Shown: positions 60,201 through 64,000 of the stretch, piece by piece
Position numbering within the stretch: the first letter of the stretch is position 1
Layout: the number at the start of each line of letters is the position of its first letter
Assembly: GCA_964016885.1 (NCBI GenBank)
Contig: OZ024741.1
Span: 386,012,001-386,076,000, forward strand
Length of the DNA: 64,000 bases
Direction of reading: 5' to 3'
Source of the DNA: Eledone cirrhosa
Taxonomy: Eukaryota
Program-made: the position numbers and the translations under genes
The notes under the pieces: model-generated
Seen by the model: the letters and a program-made list of their open reading frames with translations, nothing else
What the model was told of the DNA's origin: nothing
Database searches by the model: none

Positions 60201-63200
60201 TTATAGTTGTTGTTGTGGTAGTTATAGTTGTTGTTGTGGTAGTTATAGTTGTTGTTGTGGTAGTTATAGTTGTTGTTGTATTAGTTATAGTTGTTGTTGT
60301 GGTAGTTATATTTGTTGTTGTAGTAGTTATAGTTGTTGTTGTATTAGCTATAGTTGTTGTTGTGGTAGTTATAGTTGTTGTTGTGGTAGTTATAGTTGTT
60401 GTTGTGGTAGTTATAGTTGTTGTTGTAGTAGTTATAGTTGTTGTTGTGGTAGTTATAGTTGTTGTTGTAGTAGTTGTTGTTGTTGTAGTTATAGTTGTTG
60501 TGGTAGTTATAGTTGTTGTTGTGGTAGTTATAGTTGTTGTTGTAGTAGTTATAGTTGTTGTTGTAGTAGTTGTTGTTGTAGTTATAGTTGTTGTGGTAGT
60601 TATAGTTGTTGTTGTGGTAGTTATAGTTGTTGTTGTGGTAGTTATAGTTGTTGTTGTGGTAGTTATAGTTGTTGTTGTGGTAGTTATAGTTGTTGTTGTT
60701 GTAGTTATAGTTGTTGTTGTGGTAGTTATAGTTGTTGTTGTAGTAGTTATAGTTGTTGTTGTGGTAGTTATAGTTGTTGTTGTGGTAGTTATAGTTGTTG
60801 TTGTCGTAGTTATAGTTGTTGTTGTAGTAGTTATAGTTGTTGTTGTGGTAGTTATAGTTGTTGTTGTAGTAGTTATAGTTGTTGTTGTAGTAGTTATAGT
60901 TGTTGTTGTGGTAGTTATAGTTGTTGTTGTTGTAGTTATAGTTGTTGTTGTGGTAGTTATAGTTGTTGTTGTAGTAGTTATAGTTGTTGTTGTGGTAGTT
61001 ATAGTTGTTGTTGTGGTAGTTATAGTTGTTGTTGTGGTAGTTATAGTTGTTGTTGTGGTAGTTATAGTTGTTGTTGTAGTAGTTATAGTTGTTGTTGTGG
61101 TAGTTATAGTTGTTGTTGTTGTAGTTATAGTTGTTGTTGTGGTAGTTATAGTTGTTGTTGTAGTAGTTATAGTTGTTGTTGTAGTAGTTATAGTTGTTGT
61201 TGTGGTTGTTATAGTTGTTGTTGTAGTAGTTATAGTTGTTGTTGTGGTAGTTATAGTTGTTGTTGTTGTAGTTATAGTTGTTGTTGTTGTAGTTATAGTT
61301 GTTGTTGTGGTAGTTATAGTTGTTGTTGTGGTAGTTATAGTTGTTGTTGTAGTAGTTATAGTTGTTGTTGTTGTAGTTATAGTTGTTGTTGTTGTAGTTA
61401 TAGTTGTTGTTGTGGTAGTTATAGTTGTTGTTGTGGTAGTTATAGTTGTTGTTGTTGTAGTTATAGTTGTTGTAGTAGTTATAGTTGTTGTTGTTGTAGT
61501 TATAGTTGTTGTTGTAGTAGTTATAGTTGTTGTTGTGGTAGTTATAGTTGTTGTAGTAGTTATAGTTGTTGTTGTTGTAGTTATAGTTGTTGTTGTGGTA
61601 GTCATAGCTGTTGTTGCAGTAGTTATAGTTGTTGTTGTAGTAGTTATAGTTGTTGTTGTGGTAGTTATAGTTGTTGTTGTAGTAGTTATAGTTGTTGTTG
61701 TAGTAGTTATAGTTGTTGTTGTAGTAGTTATAGTTGTTGTTGTAGTAGTTATAGTTGTTGTTGTGGTAGTTATAGTTGTTGTTGTGGTAGTTATAGTTGT
61801 TGCAGTAGTTATAGTTGTTGTTTAATAGTTATAGTTGTTGTTGTGGTAGTTATATTTGTTGTTTAATAGTTATAGTTGTTGTTGTAATAGTTATAGTTGT
61901 TGTTGTGGTAGTTATAGTTGTTGTTGTGGTAGTTATAGTTGTTGTTTAATAGTTATAGTTGTTTGTGTTGTAGTTATAGTTGTTGTTGTAGTAGTTATAG
62001 TTGTTGTTGTGGTAGTTATAGTTGTTGTTGTAGTAGTTATAGTTGTTGTTGTGGTAGTTATAGTTGTTGTTGTAGTAGTTATAGTTGTTGTTGTGGTAGT
62101 TATAGTTGTTGTTGTAGTAGTTATAGTTGTTGTTGTGGTAGTTATAGTTGTTGTTGTGGTAGTTATAGTTGTTGTTGTGGTAGTTATAGTTGTTGTTGTA
62201 GTAGTTATAGTTGTTGTTGTGGTAGTTATAGTTGTTGTTGTTGTAGTTATAGTTGTTGTTGTGGTAGTTATAGTTGTTGTTGTGGTAGTTATAGTTGTTG
62301 TTGTGGTAGTTATAGTTGTTGTAGTAGTTATAGTTTTTGTTGTGGTAGTTATAGTTGTTGTTGTGGTAGTTATAGTTGTTGTAGTAGTTATAGTTTTTGT
62401 TGTGGTAGTTATAGTTGTTGTTGTAGTAGTTATAGTTGTTGTTGTGGTAGTTATAGTTGTTGTTGTAGTAGTTATAGTTGTTGTTGTGGTAGTTATAGTT
62501 GTTGTTGTGGTAGTTATAGTTGTTGTTGTGGTAGTTATAGTTGTTGTTGTAGTAGTTATACTTGTTGTAGTAGTTATAGTTGTTGTTGTAGTAGTTATAG
62601 TTGTTGTTGTAGTAGTTATAGTTGTTGTAGTAGTTATAGTTGTTGTTGTGGTAGTTATAGTTGTTGTTGTAGTAGTTATAGTTGTTATTGTAGTAGTTAT
62701 AGTTGTTGTTGTGGTAGTTATAGTTGTTGTTGTGGTAGTTATAGTTGTTGTTGTGGTAGTTATAGTTGTTGTTGTGGTAGTTATAGTTGTTGTTGTATTA
62801 GTTATAGTTGTTGTTGTGGTAGTTATATTTGTTGTTGTAGTAGTTATAGTTGTTGTTGTATTAGCTATAGTTGTTGTTGTGGTAGTTATAGTTGTTGTTG
62901 TGGTAGTTATAGTTGTTGTTGTGGTAGTTATAGTTGTTGTTGTAGTAGTTATAGTTGTTGTTGTGGTAGTTATAGTTGTTGTTGTAGTAGTTGTTGTTGT
63001 TGTAGTTATAGTTGTTGTGGTAGTTATAGTTGTTGTTGTGGTAGTTATAGTTGTTGTTGTAGTAGTTATAGTTGTTGTTGTAGTAGTTGTTGTTGTAGTT
63101 ATAGTTGTTGTGGTAGTTATAGTTGTTGTTGTGGTAGTTATAGTTGTTGTTGTGGTAGTTATAGTTGTTGTTGTGGTAGTTATAGTTGTTGTTGTGGTAG

Positions 63201-64000
63201 TTATAGTTGTTGTTGTTGTAGTTATAGTTGTTGTTGTGGTAGTTATAGTTGTTGTTGTAGTAGTTATAGTTGTTGTTGTGGTAGTTATAGTTGTTGTTGT
63301 GGTAGTTATAGTTGTTGTTGTCGTAGTTATAGTTGTTGTTGTAGTAGTTATAGTTGTTGTTGTGGTAGTTATAGTTGTTGTTGTAGTAGTTATAGTTGTT
63401 GTTGTAGTAGTTATAGTTGTTGTTGTGGTAGTTATAGTTGTTGTTGTTGTAGTTATAGTTGTTGTTGTGGTAGTTATAGTTGTTGTTGTAGTAGTTATAG
63501 TTGTTGTTGTGGTAGTTATAGTTGTTGTTGTGGTAGTTATAGTTGTTGTTGTGGTAGTTATAGTTGTTGTTGTGGTAGTTATAGTTGTTGTTGTAGTAGT
63601 TATAGTTGTTGTTGTGGTAGTTATAGTTGTTGTTGTTGTAGTTATAGTTGTTGTTGTGGTAGTTATAGTTGTTGTTGTAGTAGTTATAGTTGTTGTTGTA
63701 GTAGTTATAGTTGTTGTTGTGGTTGTTATAGTTGTTGTTGTAGTAGTTATAGTTGTTGTTGTGGTAGTTATAGTTGTTGTTGTTGTAGTTATAGTTGTTG
63801 TTGTTGTAGTTATAGTTGTTGTTGTGGTAGTTATAGTTGTTGTTGTGGTAGTTATAGTTGTTGTTGTAGTAGTTATAGTTGTTGTTGTTGTAGTTATAGT
63901 TGTTGTTGTTGTAGTTATAGTTGTTGTTGTGGTAGTTATAGTTGTTGTTGTGGTAGTTATAGTTGTTGTTGTTGTAGTTATAGTTGTTGTAGTAGTTATA
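45256..64000. repeat. 21-bp minisatellite (TTATAGTTGTTGTTGTRGTAG)n, >18.7 kb, with higher-order blocks
   Basis: Continuous to the window end; 18-, 21- and 24-bp variants; recurrent rare marker units. Confidence 0.98.

Noticed and set aside
45086-64000. 1000+ aa mucin-like, poly-Val and Cys-rich ORFs as genes
   Set aside because: All are translations of one 21-bp unit, open simultaneously in three frames on both strands, with no unique domains.

Overview
This is repeat-dominated animal genomic DNA. The SINE/LINE repertoire suggests an octopus or other cephalopod (inference from memory, not a database hit). I find no credible host protein-coding gene, RNA gene or CRISPR array. Layout from left to right: (1) 1-4040, a degenerate hexamer array (ACTAAC, grading into GCTGAC/GCTAAT); (2) ~4140-8990, a satellite with a 1550-bp higher-order period and internal inversions; (3) 9-45 kb, a retroelement graveyard. 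This part holds a 5'-truncated L1/Tx1-like LINE sitting in a (TA)/(CA) microsatellite with an apparent 16-bp TSD, CR1, RTE and HERO/NeSL-like fragments, many tRNA-head SINEs, mariner, piggyBac-type and other MITEs, and hammerhead-like remnants. It also holds a very young full-length CsRn1/Kabuki-type Ty3/Gypsy element (22187-27984) with 403-bp LTRs differing at 1 nt, TG..TA termini, a TCAT TSD, a tRNA-Trp PBS plus a second PBS-like copy, a G-GGA-AAC -1 frameshift site with hairpin, and an intact pol; (4) 45256-64000, a >18.7-kb 21-bp GT-rich minisatellite with multi-kb higher-order blocks. Most long ORFs in the track are repeat artefacts. Boundaries of old fragments are approximate, and family names rest on motif recognition.
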